NCBI GenBank assembly: GCA_002269645.1
Contig: NIVC01000417.1
Coordinates: forward strand, 62,001 to 126,000
Source: Macrostomum lignano
Lineage: Eukaryota
Direction of reading: 5' to 3'
DNA length: 64,000 nucleotides
Made by a program: the position numbers and the translations under genes. Position 1 is the first letter of the stretch. Each line of letters starts with the position of its first letter. Positions 11,691-25,200 of this stretch are shown one piece after another. The notes under the pieces were generated by a model, which saw only the letters and a list, made by a program, of their open reading frames with translations, made no database searches and was not told where the DNA came from.

Positions 11691-11756
11691 CATGACACAC
11701 TGCATTTTGGAGGCACGATATTTTGAGCCAGCATCTTGCTGCTACTTCACGTATCT

Positions 11757-12085
11757 GCAAACTTTTTTACCTTAAGTCGTCAGATATTAAACTTAACGAA
11801 TAACTGCGGTCCAGAGGAGGGGAGAGAAGGGAATGGAGATAAGAGAAAGGAGAGATGAGGGAAAAAGAAAAGAGAGGAGTTGTGAGGAGAGAGGCGAGGA
11901 CGGAGAGAATAGAGAGGAGAGGATAGAAGAGGAGAGAGTAGAGGATAAAGGAGGGAGAAGAGAGAGGAAAGGGAGATGAGAAGAGATCAGAGAGAAGAGA
12001 GCTGAGAAAAGGCACAAACCATGAAGCCGGCCGGATTGCTATTGTGAAGTTTCAAGGACCCTCGGGCCGGAGGTTGCCCAACAGT
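11757..12085 (+). mobile_element. Degenerate copy of hAT MITE with internal GA-rich tract
   Basis: Shares flanks TTTTTACCT...ACTGCGG.C..AGGAGGGG and GCCGGATTGCT.TTGTGAAG with the copies at 14975 and 23532. Confidence 0.7.
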
Positions 12086-12139
12086 TCGCTGTTCTGCCTG
12101 AACAGTCGTCCGTCCACTGGCCATGCGCACAGCCGATCG

Positions 12140-12149
12140 CTGATTGGCT
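12140..12149 (-). promoter_or_regulatory. Inverted CCAAT box (CTGATTGGCT) upstream of ORF B
   Basis: Starts 132 nt before the ATG at 12272, the same spacing as for ORF A. Confidence 0.4.
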
Positions 12150-12271
12150 GCAGTGCAGGCCGCGCCGGAACCAAAAATGATAATCAAAGCCAATATTCTC
12201 AACTAGAATTTTTCACCTTTATCTCAGCTATCGTCTTCGACGAAATTATTCGACAAAATTGAAAAAGAAAC

Positions 12272-12616
12272 ATGATCAGTAAAATCGCTAAGACAATGAC
12301 AGTGGCCGTCACGCTGTCGATCTGTTTAGCAGAGGTGACCGTTGGCGTGGCGCCAGTGCATAATGAACGTCACTGGCCGAAATCTCCAGGCAAGCATGCC
12401 GACTGGTTTGCTTTAGGAATAGTTTTTGGACCGATGCTGCTCTGCCTTTCTGTCCCTCTGCTGGTTATCTATGCCGCCTATAAGAAGCGCTGCTGCTGCT
12501 TCCGAGAGCCCCGAGCTCATCTGGAGTGGAACATGGACAACGCCGCCCTGAGCTTCAATAACAGTGCCACTGACGACCAAGCAATTCCCATGGCTGTATG
12601 GCATGCATTGGCTTGA
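12272..12616 (+). CDS. Small putative type I single-pass membrane protein B (114 aa)
   Basis: Signal-peptide-like N-terminus (MTVAVTLSICLA); TM segment WFALGIVFGPMLLCLSVPLLVIYAAY followed by KKRCCCF (stop-transfer plus Cys cluster). Confidence 0.62.
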   Translation: MISKIAKTMTVAVTLSICLAEVTVGVAPVHNERHWPKSPGKHADWFALGIVFGPMLLCLSVPLLVIYAAYKKRCCCFREPRAHLEWNMDNAALSFNNSATDDQAIPMAVWHALA

Positions 12617-12802
12617 CTGAAGCCTCTGCGCTAAGACAATTTTGAGTGCTTAATGTGGCAAACCAGGACATGCGCAACTGGAATCAAATCTGGCACGATC
12701 GACTTTTTTGCCCGGAAAATGAAAATTCCTATTTGTTTACCTGTTTGTTTGATTCTTTTGCTGCTATTGAGCCAACGCTTCAAGTACAGATCGAGCCGAT
12801 TC

Positions 12803-13398
12803 TTCACAACCCTTAAGCATTCACATTTCCCATATCTTCACAATCCTTGAGCATTCACATCTCCCATATCTTCACAATCCTTACGCATTCACATCTCCCA
12901 TATCTTCACAATCCTTGAGCATTCACATTTCTTATATCTTCACAAACCTTAAGCATTCACATTTCTTATATCTTCACAATCCTTACGCATTCACATCTCC
13001 CATATCTTCACAATCCTTGAGCATTCACATCTCCCATATCTTCACAATCCTTACGCATTCACATCTCCCATATCTTCACAACCCTTAAGCATTCACATTT
13101 CCAATATCTTTACAACCCTTAAGCATTCACATTTCTTATATCTTCACAATCCTTACGCATTCACATCTCCCATATCTTCACAATCCTTGAGCATTCACAT
13201 CTCCCATATCTTCACAATCCTTACGCATTCACATCTCCCATATCTTCACAATCCTTGAGCATTCACATTTCCCATATCTTCACAATCCTTACGCATTCAC
13301 AACTCCCATATCTTCACAATCCTTGAGGATTCACATCTCCCATATCTTCACGATCCTTACGCATTCACATCTCCCATATCTTCACAATCCTTGAGCAT
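12803..13398. repeat. 34-bp tandem array CATTCACATCTCCCATATCTTCACAATCCTTGAG (~17 copies)
   Basis: Head-to-tail units, directly visible. Confidence 0.95.
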
Positions 13399-14974
13399 TC
13401 TTGTAATTTAAAGAGTCCAGAAGTTGAGATACCGGAAATTAAGTGCAATAAACGGAAGCTTATCACTAAGATTAGACTGTGCAAATTAGATAAAAAAACT
13501 TCAGATGAGACAAACTTCTTAAGCTTTGATTTGCAGCAATAATACATTCCTATAGGCAGCGCTGCTAAAAGTGTTATTTAAAAATTATATTTATTTTTCA
13601 TATAAAAGAAACCCAGATGCCAAAGACAAATGTGTTACGGACAAAGACGGGTCACCTGTAATACAGAAAACGCCAATAAATCATTACAATTTAGCTTATT
13701 ACAATTACAATATTACATTGTCTGAAATTTCAAATTAAACAGTTAAAAATTGGTGCCTGACAATGGTTAAAACAAATATAAAATATAAACAAACAATATT
13801 TTATATGTAAACTGTACAATGCAAAATATCCCATAGATTGGGATAAATATGTTATAATTATCATATTCAAAACTACCCTGTCGAACTAAATTAAATAATA
13901 CATTTTCACAGTTATGGACACAGCTTTTACATAGATATTTGCTTTGAAAAGCACAGCTAACATTTTACTTTCTTAACAGCCAATTTAAAAAGGCACAAAA
14001 ATTAAAAATAAACAGAACGCTGATAATAACAAAAATAAACTTACGCGGCAAATTATCAGTAACTCATGGTTTCTATTTTACGCCTTTATGTCACTATATT
14101 TCCCATTCTACCAGTTTATACACTTGTATATTAAAAAACACGCAACAAAAACAATTTAATAACCACAACATACTACTGATTCTATTAAAAAAGTAGTACA
14201 GCGAGAGCAAGTAAAATAATTTCAAAAATACACAGCGCAATTTAAGACAGAAAATATGAATAAATTAGGAATTGAAGAATTCGATTATTCGCGCAAATAT
14301 AATTAATTGGATACAATAAATTAAATACAGATAAGTAACTTTTGTTTATATTTATGCAAAACTTTGGAATGCCATTTGTTTTGATAAAACAAAAAAAAAT
14401 AATGGCCCACACAAATATCAGTATGGCGATATAAAATTATTGAAAATTTGTAAAAGCCAAATTGATCACTTGAAAGAAATTGTCTTTTAGTTTTTCAACT
14501 CAATATATAGAAATTCTAAATTTTACTTTTTTGGCACCTAAATTTATCTTTAATAGACGCTGTGGAATGATTGATTTTGCGATTAGACATTTACTGATTG
14601 ACAGCCGAAAAATAGTTAATTAAAGGAACAGTTCTTTAAACAGTTGAAATAGCATTAATTAAAATTGGGTTTATCAATAAACTCACGATGAGTGATGAGA
14701 TTTTCCCAGGCACGAAACTTCGGCAACTGTAAAGTACGAACAGGGACGCTTAAAACAATGTCACTTAATTCCATAAGTTGCATAATTCAAGCTCCATAAT
14801 TTCTGTTATTCATGCTCTCGCAGTACAAGTCGCCTAAGAGACAATTTGAGCAGTTTTATTGTCTGCGACTCTGAAATGACTCTGGGGCCGTAGAGTCGCA
14901 TCTGAGGCGTGCTGGAGTCGCTGAAGAATCACGGAGTTGCGATCTAAAGCGCAATTGCGTCACTTTATGACAAA

Positions 14975-15374
14975 AGTTGGCGAATTTTTTTACCTTAAGG
15001 GCCAGATAGAAAACCTAACACGTGACTGCGGGCTAGAGGAGGGGAAGAGAGAAGAATGAATAGAGAAGAGAGAGGACGAGGAGTGACTAATAGAAGAGAA
15101 GAGAGGAGAGGAGAGGAGAGGAGAGGAGAGCAGAGCAGAGGAGGAGAGGAGAGGAGATGAGAGAGAGAAAAGAAGAGAGGAGAGCAGATGAGAGGAGAAG
15201 AGAGGAGAGGAGATGAGAGGAGAGAGGAGAGAGGAGAGAGGAGAGGAGGGAAGAAAGGAAGAGAGGAGAGGAGATTAGAGAGAAAAGTGGTGAGAAGAGA
15301 CACAAACCTTGAGCGGGCCGGATTGCTATTGTGAAGTTTCAAAGGAGCCGAGGGCCAGAGCTTGTCGACACCTG
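14975..15374 (+). mobile_element. Degenerate copy of hAT MITE with internal GA-rich tract
   Basis: Same flanking modules as 23532-24297; ends CTTGTCGACACCTG. Confidence 0.72.
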
Positions 15375-15714
15375 ATTTATGAATCAGAATCGCATGTCGC
15401 ATTTACATAACAACTCTATTTAGTCTACTTGAGTCAGTAGAAAGTTAAGCGCTAACACAACCGTTCTTGGACCACTCTTTTACGATTCTACAAATCACCA
15501 GCTTTAGACTGTAGAGCGATTCTTGTCGCGGTAAAGTTTTCAATGGGGATTCTGACACTTCCAAATACGAGCTATCTTGAGCAATGAGCGGGCGCAGTGT
15601 CATCTGCACTTTATGCTGTTGATAAACAAGGCGCTAGCATTGCTCCAGATTCTAAGTAAATTATTTTGCATTATAAACATAATATTCAAGGGTTAATTAA
15701 ACTGAAATTCAGTC

Positions 15715-15897
15715 TCAAGCCGGCACATCCGCATTGATCAGGTCGCCAACAACCATCACTAAATCGCAGTTAGCCATGGGATCTGAGACTGGCCGGCGCT
15801 CCAGCACCGCGTTGCGATCGGCGTAGCCCAGGAATCTGTACACCCGATTGCGGTCCGACACCTCCTGCAGGATTCGCCCGCGTAGGAAGGCTCTGGC
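15715..15897 (-). CDS. MAP4K3: MAP4K exon 8 (terminal)
   Basis: [24 protein letters not shown]...[16 protein letters not shown]...PA*, matching the MAP4K3-type C-terminus (GRSF..EVTQEISD..IFRLLG..VLESRP). Confidence 0.88.
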   Translation of the reverse strand, partial: ARAFLRGRILQEVSDRNRVYRFLGYADRNAVLERRPVSDPMANCDLVMVVGDLINADVPA

Positions 15898-18800
15898 CTG
15901 CCGGTCGGGGGTGGTGTTTGGAGCAGATTTTAGGGAAATCTGTGATCGGCTCTACACGGTATAATATAATAATATAACTGATTACACCTGCCCTAATGGC
16001 CAGATGTGCAACCGACAGCTCAGCCGCAGCTATTGCGCGGCGCATCTGAAGGCTGCGTACGGCTGTTCAGTCCAAGGACTGGGGGGTCGCCACACACAGC
16101 CTCAATTACCCCAGCTAATGCTGGCACCCATTTTACAGCTGGGTGAACTGAAGCAATGCAGAGTTGTGTGCTGCTCAACGAAATAAATTGTTCCGGGTGG
16201 GTCGAGAATCGAATCCCCGACCTTTCAGTCTTAAGTCCGACGCTCTAACCACTAGGCTACAACCTTTTTATACTACTAAATGCGATATACTACTCAGTAT
16301 ATACTACAAAGATACCACTCAATATATACCACTATATATAGTACTGAAGATATAACTCTATTATACTACTAGTTATACTACTCAACATATACTACTAGAT
16401 ATACTACTCAACATATACTACTAGTTATACTACTCAACATGTACTACTAGATATACTAATCAACATATACTACTAGGTATTCTACTCAACATATTTTACT
16501 AGATATACTACTCAACATATGCTACTAGATATACTACTCAACATATGCTACTAGATATACTACTCAACAAATACTACTAGATATACTACTTAACATATAC
16601 TGCTAGATATACTACTCAACATACAATGCTAGATATACTACTCAACATATGCTACTAGATATACTACTCAACATATACTACTAGATATACTACTCAACAT
16701 ATACTACTAGATATACTACTCAACAAATACTACTAGATATACTACTCAACATACACTGCTAGATATACTACTCAACATATACTACTAGATATACTACTCA
16801 ACATATACTACTAGATATACTACTCAACATATACTACTAGATATACTACTCAACATATGCTACTAGATATACTACTCAACATATGCTACTAGATATACTA
16901 TTCAACATATACTACTAGATATACTACTCAACATATGCTACTAGATATACTACTCAACATATGCTACTAGATATACTACTCAACATATGCTACTAGATAT
17001 ACTACTCAACATATACTACTAGATATACTACTCAACATATGCTACTAGATATACTACTCAACATATACTACTAGATATACTATTTAACATATACTACTAG
17101 ATATACTACTCAACATATGCTACTAGATATACTACTCAACATATACTACTAGATATACTACTCAACATATGCTACTAGATATACTACTCAACATATGCTA
17201 CTAGATATACTATTCAACATATACTACTAGATATACTACTCAACATATGCTACTAGATATACTACTCAACATATGCTACTAGATATACTACTCAACATAT
17301 ACTACTAGATATACTACTCAACATATGCTACTAGATATACTACTCAACATATGCTACTAGATATACTACTCAACATATACTACTAGATATACTACTCAAC
17401 ATATGCTACTAGATATACTACTCAACATATACTACTAGATATACTATTCAACATATACTACTAGATATACTACTCAACATATGCTACTAGATATACTACT
17501 CAACATATACTACTAGATATACTACTCAACAAAGACAACACGCACCTGATAGCCGTGCTTATAAAACGCCAGCACAATCTCGTCCAGCACCTGGGCCCGC
17601 TCCAGTGTAAAATCGAAGCTCAACTTGGACAAATGCCCGTCCGGTGTTGGCGCCTTCAACCGGCCAGTGTCCAAGTCGTGCACCGTGGCCAGGCCCCGGT
17701 GGCAGAGCAGCACAGCGGACATGTCCAACTGTGCCAGGCTGACAACTCCAACCTCTTCAATCTGCTGCAGCTGTTGCAGCTCATCTTCAACACTGGGCCA
17801 GAGGAACACCTGGGTCTCAGTCCGAGACAGATCCAACAGCCGGTACCTGACCGAGCCGGCCCAACTGTTAGCGCCGCCGCCAGTTGCCGATGTCGTTTTG
17901 ACGGCGCCTAGACAGGCGACCGGCAGCGCTCTGCCCGGCCTGATGAGCAGCTCAAAGGTGAGCAGCGGCTGCGGCAGGCGGTGGGCTCGGGTCAGCCGGC
18001 AGGCCAGGAAGGCTCGGCGGCCTTGGTCCCAGCGGAGCAGCAGCACCGAGTCGGGCAGGGCGCAAGCCAGCCAGCGCTCACCTGTTCCCGGATGTCGCTT
18101 CACAGCCACCCGGATGCAGCCTTTGGTGCCGGGGACTTTGGTGCCGCCGCGATTTCGGTTGCCTGGCAACAGGCGGCTTGATAGGGCTTGGCGCTCCTGT
18201 CGGCGAGTGGAACGCGGAGATTGGGTTCTCGAGCTTTCGGATATCAGTCAGTTAACAGTCTGAGCTGTCAATCATCTCAGCTACAGTTATCAATCACCAG
18301 AGCTATCAACAATCTGAGCTGTCAATCATCTCAGCTACAGTTATCAATCACCAGATCTATCAACAATCTGAGCTGTCAATCATCTCAGCTACAGTTATCA
18401 ATCACCAGAGCTATCAAACATCTGAGCTATCAATCACCTGAGCTATCAATCACCTGAGCTATCAATCACCTGAGCTATCAATCACCTGAGCTATCAATCA
18501 TCAGAGCAATCAAACATCTGAGCTATCAATCACCTAAGCTATCAATTATTTGAGCTATGAATCATCTCGACCATCAATCATCTCAGCCGTCAATCATCTC
18601 AGCCGTCAATCATCTCAGCTATAAATTATCTCAGCCATCAGTCAACTCAGCAGTTTAAAAGCCGGAATATGCTCACCTGCAGCAGCGGTCCCAGATCGAA
18701 CCTGTACAACTGCGGGTGCTTGCCGCACAGGGCAGTGAGAACACCACGGTGGACAAACAGCCATAAACAGCGCATGGGCACCAGCTGGACCATGGCACCC

Positions 18801-21800
18801 GCCTCCTGCAGCTGGCCAAGACCCAGACAGTACAGACCTTCGTTTGCTCCTAAAAGCAGCAGCGGGTCGCCACCAGCCGTAGTCCACTTAGCCGTGTCGT
18901 TGATCTTCAACGGGCAGGACTCGAAAAGCAGCTGAAGACCGCCGGGGATCTTCACGAAAGCTCCGGCATTATCAAGCAGGCTCTCCTGACTGCCGAACAC
19001 TCGACGGCGCTGCTGCTGCTGATTGGGCCCTCGCAGCAGATGCTGGCTGATGAGGTGACTCGAGCTGACTGCGGTCGCTGCTGCGCCTCCGACGCTGGCG
19101 CTGCCGCGTCGACGTTCTCCAGCTTTCGCTGCCGCGGCCACCGCTGCCGCCGAAGCTGCTGCATCTTCAGCGGCGACCGCTTCTGCAAAAGCTGGCGTGG
19201 AGATCGGTCGGTGCAGCGGAGCCGGCGGCGGAGGCAGCGGCGTCTGCGGATGCACACGCGGCGGCTGGCTGGGACGGGGCGGTGGTTGCTGTTGCTGCTT
19301 CTGTCGCGAGTCTGATGATGAAGCCGAGGATCTGCAATTTTTTTCATTTATTGTTTTCTTCTAGAGATTGCAGTAATTACAGTGATAAAAAATTGGTCAC
19401 TGCGGTGATACTCATTTTCCAAGAAACTGATCATTGCGGTAATACTTATTTTCCAAGAAACTGATCATTGCGGTGATACTCATTTTCCAAGAAACTGATC
19501 ATTGCGGTAGTACTTATTTTCCAAGAAACTGATCATTGCGGTAGTACTCATTTTCCAAGAAACTGATCATTGCGGTAATACTCATTTTCCAAGAAACTGA
19601 TCATTGCGGTAATACTCATTTTCCAAGAAACTGATCATTGCGTTAATACTCATTTTCCAAGAAACTGGTCATTGTGGTAATACTCATTTTCCAAGAAACT
19701 GATCATTGCGGCAATACTCATTTTCCAAGAAACTGATCATTGCGGCAATACTCATTTTCCAAGAAACTGATCATTGCATTAATATTCGTTTTCTAAGAAA
19801 CTTATTACTGTGGTAATACTTATTTTCCAAGAAACTGATCATTGCGTTAATATTCGTTTTCTAAGAAACTTATTACTGTGGTAATACTTATTTTCCAAGA
19901 AACTGATCATTGCGGTAATACTCATTTTCCAAGAAACTGATCATTGCGGTAATACTCATTTTCCAAGAAACTGGTCATTGCGGTAATACTCATTTTCCAA
20001 GAAACTGGTCATTGTGGTAATACTCATTTTCCAAGAAACTGATCATTGCGTTAATATTCGTTTTCTAAGAAACTTATTATTGTGGTAATACTTATTTTCC
20101 AAGAAACTGATCATTGCGGTGATACTCATTTTCCAAGAAACTGATCATTGCGTTAATATTCGTTTTCTAAGAAACTTATTATTGCGGTAATACTTATTTT
20201 CTAAGAAACTGATCATTGCGGTGATACTCATTTTCCAAGAAACTGATCATTGCGGTAATACTCATTTTCCAAGAAACTGATCACTGCGTTAATACTCATT
20301 TTCCAAGAAACTGATCATTGCGGTAATACTTATTTTCCAAGAAACTGATCATTGCGGTGATACTCATTTTCCAAGAAACTGATCATTGCGGTAGTACTTA
20401 TTTTCCAAGAAACTGATCATTGCGGTAGTACTCATTTTCCAAGAAACTGATCATTGCGGTAATACTCATTTTCCAAGAAACTGATCATTGCGGTAATACT
20501 CATTTTCCAAGAAACTGATCATTGCGTTAATACTCATTTTCCAAGAAACTGGTCATTGTGGTAATACTCATTTTCCAAGAAACTGATCATTGCGGCAATA
20601 CTCATTTTCCAAGAAACTGATCATTGCGGCAATACTCATTTTCCAAGAAACTGATCATTGCATTAATATTCGTTTTCTAAGAAACTTATTACTGTGGTAA
20701 TACTTATTTTCCAAGAAACTGATCATTGCGTTAATATTCGTTTTCTAAGAAACTTATTACTGTGGTAATACTTATTTTCCAAGAAACTGATCATTGCGGT
20801 AATACTCATTTTCCAAGAAACTGATCATTGCGGTAATACTCATTTTCCAAGAAACTGGTCATTGCGGTAATACTCATTTTCCAAGAAACTGGTCATTGTG
20901 GTAATACTCATTTTCCAAGAAACTGATCATTGCGTTAATATTCGTTTTCTAAGAAACTTATTATTGTGGTAATACTTATTTTCCAAGAAACTGATCATTG
21001 CGGTGATACTCATTTTCCAAGAAACTGATCATTGCGTTAATATTCGTTTTCTAAGAAACTTATTATTGCGGTAATACTTATTTTCTAAGAAACTGATCAT
21101 TGCGGTGATACTCATTTTCCAAGAAACTGATCATTGCGGTAATACTCATTTTCCAAGAAACTGATCACTGCGTTAATACTCATTTTCCAAGAAACTGATC
21201 ATTGCGGTAATACACATTTTCCAAGAAACTGATCATTGCGGTAATACTCATTTTCCAAGAAACTGATCATTGCGACAATTTTTTTATTTTCCAAGGAACT
21301 GCTCAGTGTGGCAATACTCATTTTCCAAGAAACTGATCATTTCGGCAATACTCATTTTCCAAGAAACTGATCATTTTGTTTTTGATTTCTTCTAAGAAAG
21401 TGATAAATGATGACGATTTTAAACCGCCGTTTAATTAATCTCCTGAAAACTAATTTAAAGAATCTTCTTGCCAAGCAAGCGGGGCTTACTCGATATCCAC
21501 CATGCCAGAGCTAGACGCCCACAACAGGCCGTAGACACCGTCGTCGCCTTCCAGCAGCTCGGCGGTCAACTCGACGTCGGCTTCTTTGTCATTGTCGTCG
21601 TTATTGTCAACGTCATCAACGGCAGCGTCGCCAGAAGACACGGACGATGAGGACGCAGAAAAAAGAGGCGAGAGGCGACCCCCTGGAGTGGCTGGGAGCG
21701 GCTGCTGCTGCTGCTGTTGCACTGAAGCCGCAGAAATTTGAGAGACGGGCCGGTCAGGCCGCTCTACTGGTAGGGGAGTTCGGGGAGGTCCGCGGGGCGG

Positions 21801-22184
21801 TGGCACTGCGGGACGCTCGCGTTGCTGTTGCTGCTGTTGCTGCTGTTGTTGCTGTTGCTGCTGCTGTTGTTGTTGTTGTTGCTGTTGTTGTTGTTGTTGT
21901 TGCTGCTGTTGCTGCTGTTGTTGTTTTTGTTGCTGCTGTTGTTGTTGTTGCTGCTGTTGTTGCTGCTGTTGCTGCTGCTGTTGCTTCTGACGTCCCTGCT
22001 GTGGTTGTTGCTGAGATTCGGGCAAAACTCCACCAGCTCTGAAAGGATAGTTTAGCAACTGCATGTCTTAGTGTCTCCTTGCACTAGCTCTTGCAGCAGT
22101 GGCTGCTGACTGTCTCTGTCATCTGCTGCCAAGTGTATTAGTGTCTGTCTTATTGTCTGTCTGTCTGCCTGTCTGCCTGCCTGC

Positions 22185-22217
<33 letters not shown>

Positions 22218-22238
22218 GCCTGTCTGTCTATCTATATA

Positions 22239-22273
<35 letters not shown>

Positions 22274-25200
22274 GCCTGTCTGTCTATCTATATATCTGTC
22301 TGTCTGTCCCACTTATTCGGGTCCACTGCAAACGCACCTGCTAGCCTTGAGCAGCTGCTCAAAGCTGCTGTGCTGCTTGCGGCAGGCCTCCTGGAACAGC
22401 CTGAGCAGCGCCACAGTGAGATGCTCGCCCAGCGCCGGACTGACTAAAAACTGGTGGCTGAGCAGCTCACTAGCGGCCGGTCGATTTCGCGGATTCATTC
22501 GCAGAGTGGCCTTGAGAAAGTCGTGAAAAGCGCCGGACCAGGCCGCTTTGTCTCGCAGCTTTGCCGGCTTAAACCGGCTGGTGGTCATGTACTGCAGCGC
22601 CTTCAGCGGCTGCATGTTGAACAGGGGCGGCTCCAGTTCGGCCAGCTCGATGGCGGTGATGCCCACCGACCAGATGTCGCAGCGCTCGTCGTAGCCGCCT
22701 TTGCGCTTCACGTCGGCGATCTGTCGAGTCAAAGGGGGAGGGGGCGATGGAGGGCGATTCTTGTTGGGGTAAGAGGCGATTCTTGTTGGGGTACGGGGCG
22801 ATTCTTATTGGGGTAAGGGGCGATTCTCATTGGGGTAAGGGGCGATTCTCATTGGGGTAAGGGGCGATTCTTATTGGGGTAAGGGGCGATTCTTATTGGG
22901 GTAAGGGGCGATTCTCATTGGGATAAGGGGCGATTCTTATTGGGGTAAGGGGCGATTTTTAATTGTGGTAAAGGGTGATTCTTCATGGGGAGTAATGGGT
23001 TATTCCTATTGGGGGTAAGGGGCGATTCTTGTGAGTAGAGGGGCAAGCAATTATCGAAACTGATGCGGATTAGGTGTGTGTGTTCGAACCCCAGTCTGAC
23101 CTCAGGCGCCATCCAGTAAGGCGTGCCAATGAAGGACATTCTCTTGCCCAGAGTCTCAGTAATCTGAGCTGAAATGCCAAAGTCGGCCAGCTTAACTCGG
23201 CCCTCGGTGGTTAACAAAATGTTGGCGCCCTTGACATCGCGGTGGATCTGGTGCTTGGAGTGCATGTGCATCAGGCCGCGAACCACCTCGCGGGAGATGA
23301 ACGCGATGGAGGCCTCGTCCAGGGGCCGGTGAGTGGTGGTGTAGATGTCCTGATATATACGGGAAGGCGAGGTTAGACCTTTTGAGAGTACTTGTGCAAA
23401 AATCTCGCGCCGGGGAGAACATGAATTTTAAAACATCAAAAATTAAACAATACTTAATCAAAATCTAATAGAATTAACGAGGGGAAGAATCTTGCTGTGA
23501 TATCAGGATGAATCATAATCTTATCACAGACCAGGGGTCGGCAAACTTTTTTACCTCAATTACCTGATAGAAAACCTAAAGCATGACTGCGGGCCGAAGG
23601 AGGGGAGAGAGGAGAGGGAATAGAGAAGAGAGATGCGAGGGAATAAAGGAGAGACGAGAGGAGAGACAGGAGAAACGAGAGAGGAGAGAGGGAGATGGGA
23701 GAGAGAGAGAGGAGAGAGGAGGGAGAGAGGAGAGGAAAGGAGAGAAGAGAAGAGAGAGGAGAAAAGAGAGAAGAGAGAAGAGAGAGGATAAAAGAGAGAA
23801 GAGAGAAGAGAGAGGAGAAAAGAGAGAAGAGAGAAGAGAGGGGAGAAAAGAGAGAAGAGAGAAGGGAGAAGAGAGAGAAAAGAAAGAAGAGAGAAGAGAG
23901 AGGAGAAAAGAGAGACGAGAGAGGAGAGAGGAGAAAAGAAAGAAGAGAGAAGAGAGAGGAGAAAAGAAAGAAGAGAGAAGAGAGAGAGGAGAAAAGAGAT
24001 AAGATAGAAGAGAGGAGAAAAGAAAGAAGAGAGAGGAGAGAGGAGAAAAGAAAAAAGAGAGAAGAGAGAGGAGAAAAAAAGAAGAGAGAAGAGAGAGGAG
24101 AAGAGAGAGACGAGAGAGGAGAGGAGAGGAAAGGAAAGGAGAGAAGAGAAGAGAGGAGATACAAGAGCGCTGAGAAGAGATATAAACATTGAGCGGGCCG
24201 GATTGCTTTTGTGAAGCTGCACAAAGGACCCGAGGGCCGGATACAGAAGCTTTGCAGGCCGCATGTGGCCACGAGGGCCGGAGTTTGCTGACCCCTGGCC
24301 TAGACCCAGAGTACATGTGTGATTAGGATCGAAATCTCACTGTAGACGGCGAAAGTGCCAAAGAATGAACAGCTGCATTACAATAATTACCTGAAGCGAC
24401 TTGCCTCCACAGTACTCCATGGCCAGCCACAGGTTGAGATGGTTGAGCATTCTGTTCTCAGTGAGGTAAGCGCCAAAGAATTCAACAATGTTGGCATGAC
24501 GACAGTCGCGCAGCACATGTAGCTCAGTTAAGATGCTTTTCAGATCATCTTTGGGGTCAATTTTGACGCACTTTAATGCAGCATACTGACCAGTGACTCG
24601 GTTCTTGGCCTAGATAAATAAAAGTGCATTTAGGGAAAACAAAAGTTTACTAAATAGTATATTCAAGGCCCAATTTGGTAAAACATAATTAATTTTAGAA
24701 AAGTTTTACGATATTGTCTTAATCCTGGCTGTATTTCACATATATTAGACTGGAAATTTTTTAAGTGGCTTGCTAACTTTTTGCTATAAACAAAAGAAAC
24801 AACAAACTGCAATACAAACTAATGTAAACTAAATTTTAAAGTACAATATGCTCTAGGTTTTTTGTGCAAAAATGCCTGCCATCAGGCCCCGCAGCAACTG
24901 ATTTTTTTACTTTACCGCACTAGGGTCAAATTCCCGCAGATTCCTAATGTAGCGCATAAATGATAAACAAATTAAAACCAAGATAAAGTGCAACAGCCAA
25001 GACTTGTGGAGTTCAACCATAGAATCATACAAGGCATAAACCTGTATGCCTCCGCTTTGGAAAAGCTGCTCAAAGCGCTCCATAGTGACGCTGCAGTTAT
25101 TGACCAGCAGAAGAAGTGGCTTAAGAAGTGGGTCTCGCAGTGTTGCTTGAATTCGAGCTGCACGGTCTTTCTCACCAGTGAGCTTGTCGCCATGTTTGTC

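Noticed and set aside
16195-16264. Possible tRNA gene (also at 39517-39590)
   Set aside because: There is no complete acceptor stem, and it continues into the SINE body and tail, so it is a SINE head.
19395-21380. 34-bp repeat with variable units resembling a CRISPR array
   Set aside because: The variation consists of point variants of the monomer, not independent spacers, and it lies in a spliceosomal intron.
23556-24316. Leu/Ser/Phe-rich 'membrane' ORFs and Arg/Glu-rich ORFs (similar ones at 11767-12017 and 14995-15402)
   Set aside because: They are translations of the GA/TC polypurine tract of a MITE.
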